DNA of 64,000 nucleotides from Verrucomicrobiia bacterium (lineage in GTDB: Bacteria; Verrucomicrobiota; Verrucomicrobiia; Limisphaerales; UBA11358), in contig JANWKE010000075.1 of the NCBI GenBank assembly GCA_025451535.1, forward strand, positions 56,627-120,626. Direction: 5' to 3'. The translations under genes and the position numbers were made by a program. Position 1 is the stretch's first letter; each line of letters starts with the position of its first letter. Below, piece by piece: positions 30,529 to 40,667 of the stretch. The notes beneath the pieces are model-generated. The model was given only the letters and a program-made list of their open reading frames with translations, was not told where the DNA came from and did not search any database.

Positions 30529-31578
30529 ATGGATAGCCGCCCGCTTAGTTTAAGGTTGTCACTGTTTTTTGCCCTCGTGGCTCTGGCGATGGTGTCATTC
30601 GTTGAGGCCCAACCGGCGGCGACCAATGCCTGGAAACCCATTATTTTTTCAGCGCCGGCCGAAAACGATGTTTCCTCCAACCCCATTTCGCCCTCAACCC
30701 AGCCGGTGGCGCCGGCGGATCTTCGGGGCCTGTTTCAAGGCGCGACGCCCTTAGCTTCATTCAACAACTTCGCTCCGGCGGCGGCGCCGAACGCCGGAAG
30801 GCGGATCCCGAAAACCGCCGAGGACAGTCAGGATTGGATTTTTATGACGCCCGCGGAAATCATGGGTGTGTCGTCGGACCAAATCCTGCAAACCGGGAAA
30901 AACAAGGAGAATGGCAGGCAGGCAGGCTCAACGCCGATGGAACGCTACCTGGCAAGGCGAGACCCGTCCGCCCGGTTTAATCTGTCCGGCAATCCATCGC
31001 GGTCACGCAATTTTGAGGAACAGGGAAACGACCAGACGAACAGCGACATTAGTTCTTACGGTCTGATGAACAACAGTCCGGATGACCTGCAGGCCACAAA
31101 GGATGCCGGCCCGTTCGTGAACACGACGCCGAATAATTATTTATTCGCGAACCCAAATGAGGATTCAACCTGGTCAAAAGCATTTGGTGCTCCGGCGCGG
31201 CAAGCACCTACCAGTTCTTCTGATCGCGCCCAACAACAGGCGCATCAACAGGCGGAAATGGATCAGTTTCAGCAGTTGCTCAATCCAGGCTCCGTGCCCG
31301 TGACCGCGGCGACGATAGTGCCCGACAACCCCGCTGCTTTTAAGGCGCAAAACATCTCACCGATTACCGATTCGACCCAACCGCTGGTTAATCCAATCGG
31401 CGCCTCCTTCGCGCCATTAAATAGCGGCATTGGCCAACCGGCTGCTTTGACGCCCCTTCCGGGTATCACCCGGCCGGCCGGCATCCCGGCTGTGACCGCG
31501 CCAGCCTGGGCACCGCAGCCGGCTCCCTGGATGTCGCAAAACCCGCAGCCGTTTGCTGTTCCCCAGCGTAAATTCTGA
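30529..31578 (+). CDS. Exported Pro/Ala/Gln/Asn-rich hypothetical protein
   Basis: Signal peptide ending VEA-Q and a largely low-complexity body. Convergent with the downstream ATPase gene. Confidence 0.65.
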   Translation: MDSRPLSLRLSLFFALVALAMVSFVEAQPAATNAWKPIIFSAPAENDVSSNPISPSTQPVAPADLRGLFQGATPLASFNNFAPAAAPNAGRRIPKTAEDSQDWIFMTPAEIMGVSSDQILQTGKNKENGRQAGSTPMERYLARRDPSARFNLSGNPSRSRNFEEQGNDQTNSDISSYGLMNNSPDDLQATKDAGPFVNTTPNNYLFANPNEDSTWSKAFGAPARQAPTSSSDRAQQQAHQQAEMDQFQQLLNPGSVPVTAATIVPDNPAAFKAQNISPITDSTQPLVNPIGASFAPLNSGIGQPAALTPLPGITRPAGIPAVTAPAWAPQPAPWMSQNPQPFAVPQRKF

Positions 31579-31592
31579 AGCTGCGGCGCAAA

Positions 31593-33329
31593 TCAGTGCG
31601 ACGAAGTCATCACGATGACCTGTTCCAGCGTGGAAACGCCTTCCCGCGCACGATCCAGTGCGACCATCCGCAACGTACGCATTCCCTGGCTGATGGCCAC
31701 CTTGGCCAGCTCGCGCGTATTGGCGCGCGCAATGATAAGTTTGCGGATTTGATCGGACACAGTCATGGCCTCAATGATCGCGAGGCGACCGCTGTAACCG
31801 GAATTTTTGCACCGTTCGCAACCGCGTCCACGCCAAAGCTGCATGCCATTGAGCGTGGTGGGGTCAATCCCGAGGTCTTCAAACATTTTTGGCGGATAGG
31901 TCACCAGCTCTTTGCAATGCGGACAGATACGGCGCAGCAGGCGTTGGGCACAGGAAAGAATGACCGAGGAGGAGATCAAAAACGGGGCGATACCCATGTC
32001 ATCAAGCCGGGCAATGGCGCCGGGCGCGTCATTGCAGTGCATGGTGCTGAGGACCTGATGACCGGTAAGCGCGGCTTCGATCGCGATCTCGGCGGTCTCC
32101 GTGTCACGGATTTCCCCGATCATGATGATGTCCGGATCCTGGCGGAGGATGGAACGCAACGCGTTGGCAAACGTCAGGCCAATCTCCTTTTTGGTGGGCA
32201 CCTGGTTGATGCCGGGAATTTGAAATTCCACCGGGTCTTCGACGGTGACGATGTTGAAAATGGGGTTGTTGAGCTCGTTCAGCGCGGAGTAAAGCGTTGT
32301 CGTTTTTCCTGAACCGGTCGGGCCGGTAACGAGAATCAATCCGTGCGGGGCATCAATGGCGGCTTTGAATTGTTTGAAGGTTTCGCCGTCCAATCCCAGT
32401 TTGTCAACACTGGCGGAAAGATTGGTCTTGTCGAGCACGCGCAGCACGATTTTCTCGCCGTGCACGGTGGGCAGCACCGAAACGCGCAGGTCGTAGTCCT
32501 TGCCGCTCACACGCACCCGCATGCGGCCGTCTTGCGGCAGGCGCCGCTCGGCAATGTCGAGGCTGCTCATGATTTTGAAGCGCGAGGCCAGAGCCAGTTG
32601 CATCTGCTTGGGCGGGGGTGTGGCGTCAATCAATACACCGTCAACGCGATAGCGCAGTCGCATAACCTTCTCGAACGGCTCCAAATGCACGTCGCTGGCG
32701 TGGTCCTTGATGGCTTGAACCACGATCAGGTTGGCCAGTTTGATAACCGGCGCCTCGCCGCTGGAGGCGGCCAGCTGGTCGAGATTGACTTCTTCGAGGG
32801 TTTCTTTGATGGTTTCGATGGAGGCGTCTTCCTCACCTTCACGCTGTTTTTCAGCGTCCTGAATGATGTCTTCCATCGAGCCGCTCTTGGCGGAATCAAT
32901 CGCGGTGAGCTTTTCGAGAATCGCTTTCTCCGAGGCAATCAAGGGGGCGATTTCCAGACGGGTAAGCCGCTTGACGTCATCGAGCGCCAGCACATTCAAC
33001 GGGTCGGCCATCGCCAGAAACAACTTGTTTTCCAGTCGTGAAATGGGAACCACTTTGTAATTGTGCGCGGCGTCCCGCGGCAGCAATTCGGCGATTTCAG
33101 CCGGAATGGTCAAACGGGCGAGATTGACGGAGGGCACGTTCAGGACGCGGCCCATGGAAACCGTCAAATCCTGTTCGCTGACGTAGGCTTTTTCGATGAT
33201 CAATTTGACGAGTCGCGTGCCTCCCTTCTTCTGTTCCTCGAGCAACGTCTCCACCTGTTGGGACGTCAGCAGGCCATCTTCGACGAGGGCGTCAGCAATG
33301 CGTTCTCCGAATGATTTGACTTTGGCCAT
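31593..33329 (-). CDS. Second PilB/GspE-family assembly ATPase
   Basis: MshEN-like N-terminus, GPTGSGKTTT, LRQDPDIIMIGEIRD, STMHCND and CPHC...CERC. Confidence 0.92.
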   Translation of the reverse strand: MAKVKSFGERIADALVEDGLLTSQQVETLLEEQKKGGTRLVKLIIEKAYVSEQDLTVSMGRVLNVPSVNLARLTIPAEIAELLPRDAAHNYKVVPISRLENKLFLAMADPLNVLALDDVKRLTRLEIAPLIASEKAILEKLTAIDSAKSGSMEDIIQDAEKQREGEEDASIETIKETLEEVNLDQLAASSGEAPVIKLANLIVVQAIKDHASDVHLEPFEKVMRLRYRVDGVLIDATPPPKQMQLALASRFKIMSSLDIAERRLPQDGRMRVRVSGKDYDLRVSVLPTVHGEKIVLRVLDKTNLSASVDKLGLDGETFKQFKAAIDAPHGLILVTGPTGSGKTTTLYSALNELNNPIFNIVTVEDPVEFQIPGINQVPTKKEIGLTFANALRSILRQDPDIIMIGEIRDTETAEIAIEAALTGHQVLSTMHCNDAPGAIARLDDMGIAPFLISSSVILSCAQRLLRRICPHCKELVTYPPKMFEDLGIDPTTLNGMQLWRGRGCERCKNSGYSGRLAIIEAMTVSDQIRKLIIARANTRELAKVAISQGMRTLRMVALDRAREGVSTLEQVIVMTSSH

Positions 33330-33333
33330 GTCT

Positions 33334-34188
33334 TTAACGGAAAGCTTTGCGGATATTTTGCATCAGTTCGGTCTGCGACGCCAGATACCAGAGCAACCGG
33401 TTGGTGGTGGTTTCGGCCAATTCCTTGGCCGCTTGTTGGTTGAACGGATTTGCGGTGGCCACCAAAATAGCCTTGCTCATCCGGTCGAACGGCAACAGGC
33501 ACCACCGACGACACGTGGCCATCGGGAATCCCCGCGCCAATTCCATGTCCACTTCATATTTATCCAGCGGCAAATAAGCCAGACGCGACTTGTCGGACAG
33601 CAGTTTGAGCGACTTCTCGATCGGCAAAACCCCTTTTTCTGAAAGTGCGTTGATGAACGGTTCAACCACATCCGAAGGCGCTTTGGTCAGGTCCGCCGAC
33701 CGCCACCATAAATCGAAATCGCCGGCATTGATGATCCGACCTTCGACAAACACCTTATGCATCACCTTGCGACCATCATCTATTTCCTCCGCCGCCGTTG
33801 CCCGCGTCTTTTTTCTGAATCGCGCCGTGTCGGAGGACATCGTCAGCGCCGTCGGTTCCACCCCCACGATTTGTTGAACGGCCACATTGTTGGCCTTGTC
33901 TTCAATCTGCTTGAGCGCCAATTGCACATCCGTATCGTTCGGGCGCCTCTGCAAAACTGTCTCGTATTCCAAAATCGCCGAGGAAAGTTGTCCCATTTGG
34001 AGGTAGGCCTGCGCAATGCGCTTGGAGGTGGTGATGACCTCCTGCTCACGACCGAGCTTGGTGTACGCTTCCTTGAGAATTTCCAGCGACTGGCAATCGT
34101 TTGGCTGCGACTGGACAATAACCTCGAACATCTCAATTGTCTGCTGCAATTGAGCTTCTTCACTTGCATTTAACGTCGCCGTAGTCAT
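33334..34188 (-). CDS. TPR-like plus GspE N-terminal-like domain protein with no ATPase domain
   Basis: N-terminal TPR-like helices (LKEAYTKLG, IAQAYLQMGQ..AILEY) and a C-terminal CRRWCLLPFD...VATANPF resembling the GspE N1 domain. Start placed at ATG 34188. Confidence 0.65.
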   Translation of the reverse strand: MTTATLNASEEAQLQQTIEMFEVIVQSQPNDCQSLEILKEAYTKLGREQEVITTSKRIAQAYLQMGQLSSAILEYETVLQRRPNDTDVQLALKQIEDKANNVAVQQIVGVEPTALTMSSDTARFRKKTRATAAEEIDDGRKVMHKVFVEGRIINAGDFDLWWRSADLTKAPSDVVEPFINALSEKGVLPIEKSLKLLSDKSRLAYLPLDKYEVDMELARGFPMATCRRWCLLPFDRMSKAILVATANPFNQQAAKELAETTTNRLLWYLASQTELMQNIRKAFR

Positions 34189-34373
34189 GCCTCGAAATTT
34201 GCCGTCGCCATTCTCACCCAGCACATGCGGTAAGGCATCCTTTTTCAGCAATTTCCCTGCCACCTTAAATTATCACTGCTGCCCGCAAACCCCCAAGGTG
34301 AAGCCTCTTTTGAATATTCGAGGAATTCACTTTTGCAATTTATATCCCTGCCTTTTCATGTTAAAAAACCCCT

Positions 34374-37300
34374 GTGGAACAACCGGTCCCAACCATGACG
34401 CCCGCACCCGGCGAACGCCTGGTGCGTTTCGTCGGTGATCACGTTCGTTTCACGTTGCGCGATGGCCGGCCATCCGGAAATCCGGCCCAGGTGGAAGAGG
34501 CGCAGGGTCGCTGGCGCGGTTTGCTCCGCACCAATCTTGGCCGCGGCGCCGCGCGTCGTCGTGAAATTATCGCCGCCCACGCCGGCGGAGTGGGCCAGGC
34601 GGGAACTTCGTGGCACGACGTGCCGATGCAAAAAAACGGCGACGTTTGGGAAATTGAACTGCCGCTCGTCGAGGTCGGGTTTTTCAAGGCCAAACCTTAT
34701 TTGCAGGACGCCAAAGGCTGGCAGCACTGGCCGGAAGGGCATGACGTTGGCATCAGTGTTCACCCGGATTTTTGCCGCACGGCCAATGCCATTTACTGTG
34801 CCTTTACCCGACTGTTCGGGGCGACACGCACCGCCGCGATCGGTGTGGACCCGGAATTGAATTTTCAGCTTAATCCCCTCGACTCCCAAGGGTACACCGT
34901 CATCCCGCCGTCCGGCAAATTGCGCGACTTGACGCAGCAATTGCCCCACATCGTGCAGACCCTCGGCTGTCGTATCCTGCATTTGCTGCCGGTCCATCCC
35001 ACGCCGACAACGTACGCGCGGTTCGGGCGATTTGGCAGCCCGTATGCCGCGCTTGACTTGACGGCGGTTGACCCGGCGCTCGCTGAATTTGATCACCGCA
35101 CCACCGCCATCGACCAGTTTTGCGAACTCACCTCCGCCGCACATGCACTCGGAGCGCGGGTGTTTCTCGATATCGTCATTAATCACACCGGCTGGGGTGC
35201 GGTCCTGCAGGAAAATCATCCTGAATTTTTTCTGCGGCAGCCGGATGGCACCTTTGCCAGTCCCGGCGCGTGGGGCGTCACGTGGGGCGACCTTGTTGAA
35301 ATGAAACAGGATGGGGTCGCGCTCTGGGATATCATCGCCGGCGCACTGCTGACGTGGTGCCGTCGCGGTGTTGACGGATTCCGATGCGACGCCGGCTACA
35401 AAATTCCCGCCTCCGCCTGGCAATACATTATCGCCCGGGTCCAGGAGGAATTTCCCGAAACCATTTTTTTGCTCGAAGGATTGGGCGGTTCCTGGGAAGC
35501 CACCGAAAACCTGCTCACTGAGGGAGGAATGCAATGGGCCTACTCCGAACTGTTCCAGAATTATTCCGGACCGGAGGTAGCCAATTATCTCGACTACGCC
35601 CTGCGCCAGGGCGCGCGCATCGGGTTATACGTGCATTACAGTGAAACGCATGACAACGAGCGCCTTGCCAAGCGTGGTCGGGCGTGGTCGTTAATGCGCA
35701 ATCGCCTTTGCGCGCTGACGAGCGTGAGCGGCGGGTTTGGCTTTACCTGCGGGGTTGAATGGCTCGCCGCCGAAAATATCAAGGTTCACGACTGTACGGG
35801 ACTTTCCTGGGACAGCCACAATAACATCGTTCCCGAACTGGCACGATTAAACCAATTGCTGGCCGACCACCCTTGCTTCTTTGATGGCGCGAAACTCACG
35901 CGCTTGAGTGCGCCGGATTCTCCGATTTATGTCCTGCGGCGCGAATCCGCCGGAGAGAAGGATTCGGTTCTTGTGCTCATCAATACCGATCTCGAAAAGG
36001 AAAATTCAATCACGCTTGCCGGCTCCGAACTACAAATTCCGCACTGCGAATTTGAGTTGCTCGGCCAGCCGCTGCCGAAAACTGTCGCGGCTGGGAGCAA
36101 AATCACCTTCACGCTGCCGGCGGGAGCGTGTCATTGTCTCGCACCGACGGCGGAACCGCAGGGTTTGAGTGGTAACGCCTACCGCCGGATTCGGGCCCAG
36201 GCGGCGTTTGCCGTCCAAGCGATGAGATGTGTTCTACCCACCGAATCAATTCCCGTTCTGCCGTGGCAAGGACTGGCGAATCTGATTGATGAAGCACCGG
36301 CCCGACTCCTCGCAGCCATCACCGATTTGGCCGGTGAATTTTCTCAGGCCCAGAAGAACCATTCTGATTTTTCGACGATGGCCGCCCGGTTGACAGCGCT
36401 TGCGAAATCGCTGCAAAAATATCCGCGGGTGGTCGTGTGGACATTGCTCGACCGTCGCCGGATTACACCCGTACCGCCCGGCCATTGGCTGTTGATTGAG
36501 GACAGCACCCCGTTCCGGGCCGTACTGGAAATCAGAAACGGCAATGGCCAGGGACGAACATCGCAACATGTCCAATCGATCGCGGTTCGCAACGGATTCG
36601 CCGCCTGTTTTCCGCCGCAAACAAACGCGGCGGAGGCCGGATTGGGTTTGGAGCGCTACGCCGCGACTTCACAAAGGGTTTCCGCCGTTATTCGTTTTCT
36701 TCCGGCAGAACCGAAATCCGAAATCCGAAATCCGAAACCGGAAGACCTCGCCCTCCTGACCAACGGGATCGGTGGCATGGCGCGCATTTATGCGGACCTG
36801 AGCCGCGTCAATTCCAAATACGACTGTGTGCTCGGTGCGAATCTGCATCCGAGCGTGCCGGTGGACCGTCATGTTTTCGTCAAACGCATCCGTGCCTGGG
36901 TAAGTGCCGATGGTTTTCTCTCGCCGCTCGACTTCAAGAACCTGACGTCGTTTGTGCCAGGGCCCCCGGCGATCTGGCGGTTTGTGGCCAATGCCGGTGA
37001 CGGGCGCACCGTCGAAATTGAGTTGCGTGCCGAAATGCTTGAGGGTAAAAACACAACGATTTTCCGGTTCAGCCGTCCAACTGCCGAACGGGCCAGCGGC
37101 AAACAATTGCCCGGCGACGCGGACGTGCGTCTGACCGTCCGATTCGACATTGAAGATCGAAACTTCCATTCGGAAACCAGGCGCAATGGCGGCGCGGACT
37201 ACCATTTTTCGACGAACACTCATGATCTCCAAACCCCAAACTCAAAATCCGGGAACTTGACCGGTTTTGCCTTCACGCCCGCGCCTGAACGTCAGTTGCG

Positions 37301-38762
37301 CGTGTTCGTGGACGCCGGTGAATATCATCCGCAACCGGAATGGAGTGAAAATATTCCGCATCCGGTCGAACAGAGCCGTGGCCAGACTGGCAGTGGTGAC
37401 GCTTACAGTCCGGGCTGGTTTGAACTGCCATTGCCCAAGGGTGGAAGCGTAATGCTGATCGCGACAGCGGAAAAAGACGCCGAAGCCCAGGTTTCAGCTG
37501 GTAAAGCCGGTACCCTGAAGCGTGAATTTCAACAAACTGAACCTCCCCTCATTCCGTTTGAAAAGCAGCTTTTGTGCGCCGCCAAACAATTTGTCGTCCG
37601 TCGCGACCGAGGTAAAACCGTCATTGCCGGATATCCCTGGTTTTTGGATTGGGGGCGGGACACGCTGGTCTGTGCGCGCGGCCTGCTGGCCGCCGGAATG
37701 GCCGAAGACGTCAGGCAAATCCTGCTTACTTTCGCGAAATTCGAAAAAGACGGGACTTTGCCCAATGCGATTTATGGTGACAACACCTCGAACTGCGATA
37801 CCGCCGACGCCCCGTTATGGTTCGCCATCGCGTGCGAGGAATTTGCGGAGACTGCACCTCACGATTTTTATTCAACGCCCGTTGGCACCAACCGTACCAT
37901 CCACGACGTGCTGGCGAGCATTGCAGAAAATTATTCGCGCGGCACCCCCAACGGTATTTGCCTGGACACGGATTCAGCATTGATTTGGTGTCCAGGTCAT
38001 TTCACCTGGATGGACACGAACCATCCCGCCGGCACACCGCGTGAGGGTTATCCGGTGGAAATCCAGGTTTTGTGGATTCGATTATTACGCCAACTCGAGA
38101 AAGTGGCCGCGCCCGCTGATCAAAAGAAATGGCGCGACCTGGCCAACCGTGCGACGGCTTCGTTTACGAAGCTGTTCTGGCTGGAAGACCGGAGTTGGCT
38201 CGCCGATGTGTTACTTGCCGGGCCGCGCGTTATGGCCCACGAGGCCACGCCCAGTGACGCGCTCCGCAGCAATTGTCTGTTTGGCGTGAGCCTCGGTCTG
38301 GTGACCGGCGAACGTGCAAAACGCTGTGTCGAAGCGGCGCTGCGTTATCTGGTCGTGCCGGGCGCGTTGCGAACGCTTGCGCCGCTTCCGGTGTCTGTGG
38401 CATTGCCGGTTTACGACAAAAATGGCGGGCTTTTGAACAATCCCACCGAACCGTATTGGCCGCATTACGAAGGTGACGAAGACACGCGCCGCAAACCGGC
38501 TTACCACAACGGCACGGCGTGGACGTGGACGTTCCCGACCTTTTGCGAGGCGCTCGCCCGCGCGTGGGATTTTGCGCCGGACGCCGTGGCCACGGCGAAA
38601 GCGTATTTAGGCAGCATGGAAAAATTAATGAACGAGGGTTGCCTCGGCCAGATTCCCGAAATTCTGGACGGCGACGCGCCGCACACCCAGCGCGGCTGTG
38701 ACGCACAGGCGTGGGGAGCAACGGAGGCATTGCGGGTTTGGAAACTGCTGGATGGTCGTTGA
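34374..38762 (+). CDS. Fused glycogen debranching enzyme (GH13-like domain plus GDE N-domain and amylo-alpha-1,6-glucosidase)
   Basis: GH13 regions DIVINH, GFRCDAG, LLEG and ETHDN. C-terminal half has LLTNGIGG, AGYPWFLDWGRDT, FTWMD, AYHNG and CDAQAW. Confidence 0.88.
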   Translation: MEQPVPTMTPAPGERLVRFVGDHVRFTLRDGRPSGNPAQVEEAQGRWRGLLRTNLGRGAARRREIIAAHAGGVGQAGTSWHDVPMQKNGDVWEIELPLVEVGFFKAKPYLQDAKGWQHWPEGHDVGISVHPDFCRTANAIYCAFTRLFGATRTAAIGVDPELNFQLNPLDSQGYTVIPPSGKLRDLTQQLPHIVQTLGCRILHLLPVHPTPTTYARFGRFGSPYAALDLTAVDPALAEFDHRTTAIDQFCELTSAAHALGARVFLDIVINHTGWGAVLQENHPEFFLRQPDGTFASPGAWGVTWGDLVEMKQDGVALWDIIAGALLTWCRRGVDGFRCDAGYKIPASAWQYIIARVQEEFPETIFLLEGLGGSWEATENLLTEGGMQWAYSELFQNYSGPEVANYLDYALRQGARIGLYVHYSETHDNERLAKRGRAWSLMRNRLCALTSVSGGFGFTCGVEWLAAENIKVHDCTGLSWDSHNNIVPELARLNQLLADHPCFFDGAKLTRLSAPDSPIYVLRRESAGEKDSVLVLINTDLEKENSITLAGSELQIPHCEFELLGQPLPKTVAAGSKITFTLPAGACHCLAPTAEPQGLSGNAYRRIRAQAAFAVQAMRCVLPTESIPVLPWQGLANLIDEAPARLLAAITDLAGEFSQAQKNHSDFSTMAARLTALAKSLQKYPRVVVWTLLDRRRITPVPPGHWLLIEDSTPFRAVLEIRNGNGQGRTSQHVQSIAVRNGFAACFPPQTNAAEAGLGLERYAATSQRVSAVIRFLPAEPKSEIRNPKPEDLALLTNGIGGMARIYADLSRVNSKYDCVLGANLHPSVPVDRHVFVKRIRAWVSADGFLSPLDFKNLTSFVPGPPAIWRFVANAGDGRTVEIELRAEMLEGKNTTIFRFSRPTAERASGKQLPGDADVRLTVRFDIEDRNFHSETRRNGGADYHFSTNTHDLQTPNSKSGNLTGFAFTPAPERQLRVFVDAGEYHPQPEWSENIPHPVEQSRGQTGSGDAYSPGWFELPLPKGGSVMLIATAEKDAEAQVSAGKAGTLKREFQQTEPPLIPFEKQLLCAAKQFVVRRDRGKTVIAGYPWFLDWGRDTLVCARGLLAAGMAEDVRQILLTFAKFEKDGTLPNAIYGDNTSNCDTADAPLWFAIACEEFAETAPHDFYSTPVGTNRTIHDVLASIAENYSRGTPNGICLDTDSALIWCPGHFTWMDTNHPAGTPREGYPVEIQVLWIRLLRQLEKVAAPADQKKWRDLANRATASFTKLFWLEDRSWLADVLLAGPRVMAHEATPSDALRSNCLFGVSLGLVTGERAKRCVEAALRYLVVPGALRTLAPLPVSVALPVYDKNGGLLNNPTEPYWPHYEGDEDTRRKPAYHNGTAWTWTFPTFCEALARAWDFAPDAVATAKAYLGSMEKLMNEGCLGQIPEILDGDAPHTQRGCDAQAWGATEALRVWKLLDGR
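36711..36738 (+). repeat. Heptamer tandem repeat (CCGAAAT)x3 plus CCGAAAC inside the debranching enzyme
   Basis: Read directly from the sequence. Translated as PKSEIRNPKP. Confidence 0.85.
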
Positions 38763-38774
38763 GCCAAAGATCGC

Positions 38775-40109
38775 ATGACGATTTCCTTGTTTCAGTTGTT
38801 GGTTTGTCTGACAGCGGGTGTTGCCCTCATCGTTTTGCTTACCGCAAAATACCGGGTACATGCCTTTTTCGCCCTCCTGATTGCCTCATTCGTGGTGGGA
38901 TTGGGCGCACAACTGCCCTTACCCGTTATCATCAATGCCATGAAAGACGGGTTTGGCAGCATCATGAAATCATTGGGGTTCATCATCGTGCTGGGAACAG
39001 CCCTGGGCATTTTGCTGGAACATACCGGCAGCACCCGGGTGATGGCTGCCTACATTCTACGAAAAGTCGGTGAACGACACGCCATGCTGGCCATCGGCAT
39101 CACGGGTTTCATCGTGGGATTGCCTGTTTTTTGCGACTCGGGATACATTGTGCTCAGCGGCTTGAATCGTTCCCTGGCCCGGCGCACCGGCATCTCCATG
39201 GCGGCAATGGCGGCTTCGCTGGCGGCCGGTTTGTATTCGGTGCACTGCCTGATTCCACCGCATCCCGGTGCGACGGCCGCCGCCAGTGTCATCGGTGTGG
39301 ACTTCGGAAAACTGATCCTGTTCGGAATTATGGTGGCGATTCCAGCCACGTTGGCCGGCTATTTCTGGGCCAATTTTGCCGGGCGAAAGATTCCCGTGAT
39401 GGTGGCTGAGGAGCAAATCATGGCCGAAGAAACATCGCGGCCGCCCTCCGTAACCAGGGCATTTCTGCCCGTGGTCGTGCCCATCATTTTAATCGGGGCC
39501 CGATCTTTTTTCACCATCCAGCCATCTGCCGTCAACGGCTGGTGGTTTTCCGCCTTGCTTTCATTGGGCGATCCGGTGATTGCTTTGTCCGTCGGCGTGC
39601 TGTTGGCGTTTAATGGTCATCGGACCTGGAACAAGGAAAGCGTCGGGCGTTTGTCGCAGGAAGCGGCGGAAAAAGCCGGCGGCATATTGGTCATCATTGG
39701 GGCCGGCGGGGCGTTCGGAGCCGTGCTGGCGGCAACCGAAATCGGCCGGCATTTCGGCCAGGCAGTGGCTTTGGACAGTTTGGGCGTTTTATTCCCTTTT
39801 TTTCTTACCTCGGTTTTAAAAACCGCGCAGGGGTCGTCCACCGTCGCCATTATTACCGCGGCATCCATCATTCAACCCTTGCTGCCGGCCCTGGGCCTGG
39901 CGACGGAAAAAGGCCAGCTCCTCGCCGTGCTGGCCATGGGCGCAGGTTCGATGATGATTTCACACGTGAACGACGCTTATTTTTGGGTGATTACCAGGTT
40001 CTCCGGACTGGATATGAAAACCATGCTGAAGGTCTATTCGGTCGCCTCGGTGCTGATGGGGCTGGTTTCATTGCTGGTGATTTATTTGTTGTCCCTGATC
40101 CTGCGCTAA
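38775..40109 (+). CDS. GntP-family permease
   Basis: HAFFALL, PVFCDSG, IPPHPG, KTAQGSSTVA and SHVNDAYFW. Confidence 0.9.
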   Translation: MTISLFQLLVCLTAGVALIVLLTAKYRVHAFFALLIASFVVGLGAQLPLPVIINAMKDGFGSIMKSLGFIIVLGTALGILLEHTGSTRVMAAYILRKVGERHAMLAIGITGFIVGLPVFCDSGYIVLSGLNRSLARRTGISMAAMAASLAAGLYSVHCLIPPHPGATAAASVIGVDFGKLILFGIMVAIPATLAGYFWANFAGRKIPVMVAEEQIMAEETSRPPSVTRAFLPVVVPIILIGARSFFTIQPSAVNGWWFSALLSLGDPVIALSVGVLLAFNGHRTWNKESVGRLSQEAAEKAGGILVIIGAGGAFGAVLAATEIGRHFGQAVALDSLGVLFPFFLTSVLKTAQGSSTVAIITAASIIQPLLPALGLATEKGQLLAVLAMGAGSMMISHVNDAYFWVITRFSGLDMKTMLKVYSVASVLMGLVSLLVIYLLSLILR

Positions 40110-40181
40110 TCACAACCTGCGTACTTTGAAAGCATGAATATGGACGTTGCCAAGCAGCGCCGGGTGGACAAAAATTGCGGC

Positions 40182-40667
40182 GTGCATTTTCGTGACAAGA
40201 TCATTGCGTGGGACAAACTACCAACCTGGCGCACGGCCTTTCGCGCAACCGGCAAAAAACTGGTCGTAACCAATGGCTGTTTCGACATTCTGCACCTGGG
40301 GCACGTCACTTATCTTGAAACCGCGCGCGACCTCGGCGATGCCCTGCTGGTGGGTGTGAATGGCGATGAGTCCGCGCGGCAATTGAAGGGTGAGGGTCGC
40401 CCCGTGAACTCGGAAGCTGACCGTGGTGCCGTTTTGGCGGCCCTGGCCAGCGTGGCCGGCGTTTGTATTTTCGCGGAAAAAACGGCCGTAAAATTCCTGA
40501 CGGCGGCACAACCGGACATTTATGTCAAAGGTGGTGATTATACCCCGAACACGCTGAACCAGGACGAACGTTGCGCGGTTGAATCTGCCGGCGGGAAAAT
40601 CGTGATTATTCCATTTGTCCCCGGCAAATCCACGACGGCGATACTGGAAAAGATTTCGCGGTTGTGA
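40182..40667 (+). CDS. rfaE2: Heptose 1-phosphate adenylyltransferase (HldE domain II / HldC)
   Basis: VTNGCFDILHLGH, LKGEGRP, VKGGDY and GKSTT. GTG start at 40182 preferred, ATG 40134 possible. Confidence 0.88.
   Translation: MHFRDKIIAWDKLPTWRTAFRATGKKLVVTNGCFDILHLGHVTYLETARDLGDALLVGVNGDESARQLKGEGRPVNSEADRGAVLAALASVAGVCIFAEKTAVKFLTAAQPDIYVKGGDYTPNTLNQDERCAVESAGGKIVIIPFVPGKSTTAILEKISRL

Noticed and set aside
34356-35534. 392-aa antisense ORF (similar cases at 4954-5868, 16362-17264 and 61268-62116)
   Set aside because: These are shadow ORFs opposite well-supported genes, expected in GC-rich DNA, and have no motifs.
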